Shown here piece after piece: positions 62,224 to 64,000 of a stretch of DNA of 64,000 nucleotides; the first letter of the stretch is position 1, and each line of letters starts with the position of its first letter. A program made the position numbers and the translations under genes. This stretch comes from an uncultured bacterium (GTDB lineage: Bacteria > Patescibacteriota > JACMRA01). The stretch lies in the NCBI GenBank assembly GCA_963704645.1, contig OY969926.1, forward strand, positions 1,184,001-1,248,000, written 5' to 3'. The notes beneath the pieces were generated by a model. That model worked only from the letters and a program-made list of their open reading frames with translations, searched no databases and was not told the origin of the DNA.

Positions 62224-63999
62224 TTATTTGGAAATGAATGTTTTTTGAAGGAGACCTGAATTTAGGAGTACTAAATCACTTTGCAGTTTGCTCACGTCTG
62301 CTCTCCCTCCATCAATCTCAGCAAAGTCTGTGAAAGCTGAAAAGTTTTGGTCGTAGGTATCTTTCTTGGAAAGTTGTATTACTGGTTTGTTGTTCTTGCT
62401 CACTATTTGGTATCTGTAATTAATACTATTTGGGCCTGAAGTTATTAATCCTATTCTTTCACTGTCGGCAGAGAAGTTAGGAATATTAGTTATATAAATT
62501 GGAAAACCTTTTAACCAATATTCTGTAAGTTCACTAACTCTAGGTGTTTTACCAACTAAGTTTATTCTATTGTTTTGTAAATAGGCTAGATATTGAATGT
62601 TACTATCTTGAGTGGCATAAATCATTCCATTTACATCTATTGGGTAAACATCATCTATTAGCCTTGTTCTTGTAAATGTTCCTGCTGCTGTATTGTTTAT
62701 GGCTAGAAGGCCATTTTGTATTCTTCTATCTCTATACATACTGGTTATACTTTTTACTACACTTCCGTGGGCTGGGCAAACCGCAGTTGTATCATTTTGC
62801 TCTGGAAGGTATACTTGGTAAGCTTCATTTGCTGTGGTTGTAAAGGCATAGCTTCCACAAATTGATCCACTTAAATAGCCTCTTCCAACGTAGGCAACTG
62901 TTCTTTGAGCCCTGCTTGCAAATGAATTGAATATTCTACCTGTCACATCGTTAGTGGTAAATTGACCTATTGGAGCTGTGCTTCTTGGAGGGTCTAGAGC
63001 AATTAGCAGTTTAGCTTGGTTGCCAAATTGTGAACTAATTTCAGCAGACATTATTGTTCCCATAGAATGGCCCATTAAAAATAGTTTGTCTTTGTTAGTA
63101 AATCCCCAATCTGTTAGTTTCTTTTTTATTTGAATAGCAGTTGGTTCAATCCATTTATCTGTATCTGTTGGGTTTGCAAGACCAGAATTAGCTCCTTGGC
63201 TCCAATCTAGGGTAAGTACAATATCTTCAGTTCCATTAACCTCTTTGGTGTTTTGAATTATGGCTGAGGCTAAATCAGTCATATTATCCCTACTATTATT
63301 CATCCCATGACTAACAATCCAAACATTTCTGTTTTGACCTGAAGTTGAATAACTAGCTTTAAGGTTAGCAGAGTTTCCAGTTATATTAGGATTCTCTATT
63401 CGAAGATTGGCTGAGGTATAATTATTGTACCCATCATTCACCGTAAAGTTCTGTTCAATAATATTAGAGTAACTGTAGGTTATCCACCTACTTCCCCCTG
63501 CTACAGTGGTAATGTTACCTGCTTTATCTTTAACAGTAATAGAAAGTTCAATATCTTGGCTTCCTGTATTGTATTTAGAAAGTTTGGTTAAATCTAAGTT
63601 GGCAGAATACAATGGAATTCCACCTGTGTTGTATGATGTTCCTAAATACTTTAAGGAATTATCGTAGTAAGCAAAGAAGTCTACACTGGCTATTCCAGAT
63701 TGAATTGCTCCTTGATCATACGGGTTAGCTGTTACTGTAAAACTATTTCCCACCACACCCATATAGTTTACTCCTGGTGGAGGATTGGTTATATAACCTG
63801 CAGGAGGAGTTTTATCCGTATACTCCCACCGAAGTGCAAAAGCTGCCTGCCCACCATCTTCCCGAAACTTAACTTGAAGAAGATACCAACCTTCAGTAAG
63901 ATATCTGTCTGTTCGAGTTTCAGAACAACACCCAGACTGATTAATTATCCTAGTTCCATCCAATATAATTTCAGTTCCGTCATCAGCCTTAGAAATAAA
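62224..63999 (-). CDS. 5'-truncated protein: PA14 domain, Ig-like domain, lipase-like alpha/beta hydrolase
   Basis: The frame is open to the window end. PA14 (SKADDGTEIILDG..LTEGWYLLQVKFREDGGQA..LRW); IVSHGM, LTLDWS, LMGHSMG nucleophile elbow, ALDPP. Confidence 0.85.
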   Translation of the reverse strand, partial: FISKADDGTEIILDGTRIINQSGCCSETRTDRYLTEGWYLLQVKFREDGGQAAFALRWEYTDKTPPAGYITNPPPGVNYMGVVGNSFTVTANPYDQGAIQSGIASVDFFAYYDNSLKYLGTSYNTGGIPLYSANLDLTKLSKYNTGSQDIELSITVKDKAGNITTVAGGSRWITYSYSNIIEQNFTVNDGYNNYTSANLRIENPNITGNSANLKASYSTSGQNRNVWIVSHGMNNSRDNMTDLASAIIQNTKEVNGTEDIVLTLDWSQGANSGLANPTDTDKWIEPTAIQIKKKLTDWGFTNKDKLFLMGHSMGTIMSAEISSQFGNQAKLLIALDPPRSTAPIGQFTTNDVTGRIFNSFASRAQRTVAYVGRGYLSGSICGSYAFTTTANEAYQVYLPEQNDTTAVCPAHGSVVKSITSMYRDRRIQNGLLAINNTAAGTFTRTRLIDDVYPIDVNGMIYATQDSNIQYLAYLQNNRINLVGKTPRVSELTEYWLKGFPIYITNIPNFSADSERIGLITSGPNSINYRYQIVSKNNKPVIQLSKKDTYDQNFSAFTDFAEIDGGRADVSKLQSDLVLLNSGLLQKTFISK

Positions 64000-64000
64000 G

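Noticed and set aside
1-64000. Alternative genetic code (UGA=Gly, code 25) as in Gracilibacteria/Absconditabacteria
   Set aside because: Very Gly-rich ORFs of 4-6k codons are uninterrupted under code 11.

Overview
AT-rich bacterial DNA read in genetic code 11. The gene mix (giant surface proteins, cohesin/dockerin, divergent MurG/RuvX, no biosynthetic genes) suggests a Patescibacteria (CPR) genome; this is inference. About half the window is two giant surface proteins. The first is >4196 aa and 5'-truncated, heading an operon with WxL and DUF916 genes. The second is about 5.9k aa with five 7-bladed RCC1 propellers, Big/cadherin-like repeats and an LVRTGG-TM anchor. Housekeeping genes are ruvX, an in-frame rpsF-rpsR (S6-S18) fusion, topA, murG and tRNA-Trp. 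Accessory loci are: (i) an HTH-EgtD-like methyltransferase divergent from a coupled operon of a small ORF, two different nucleotidyltransferases and an EEP phosphodiesterase, the best candidate for an undescribed system; (ii) a dockerin-cohesin pair; (iii) ccdA-thioredoxin with a CsoR-family regulator; (iv) a 1057-bp IS with perfect 24-bp TIRs, an 8-bp TSD and a frameshifted transposase; (v) a PA14-lipase followed by paralogous membrane proteins and a headless orphan copy. Dispersed GTAG-type REP hairpins are present. No CRISPR array or rRNA was seen. All domain calls come from reading motifs by eye, not from database searches.
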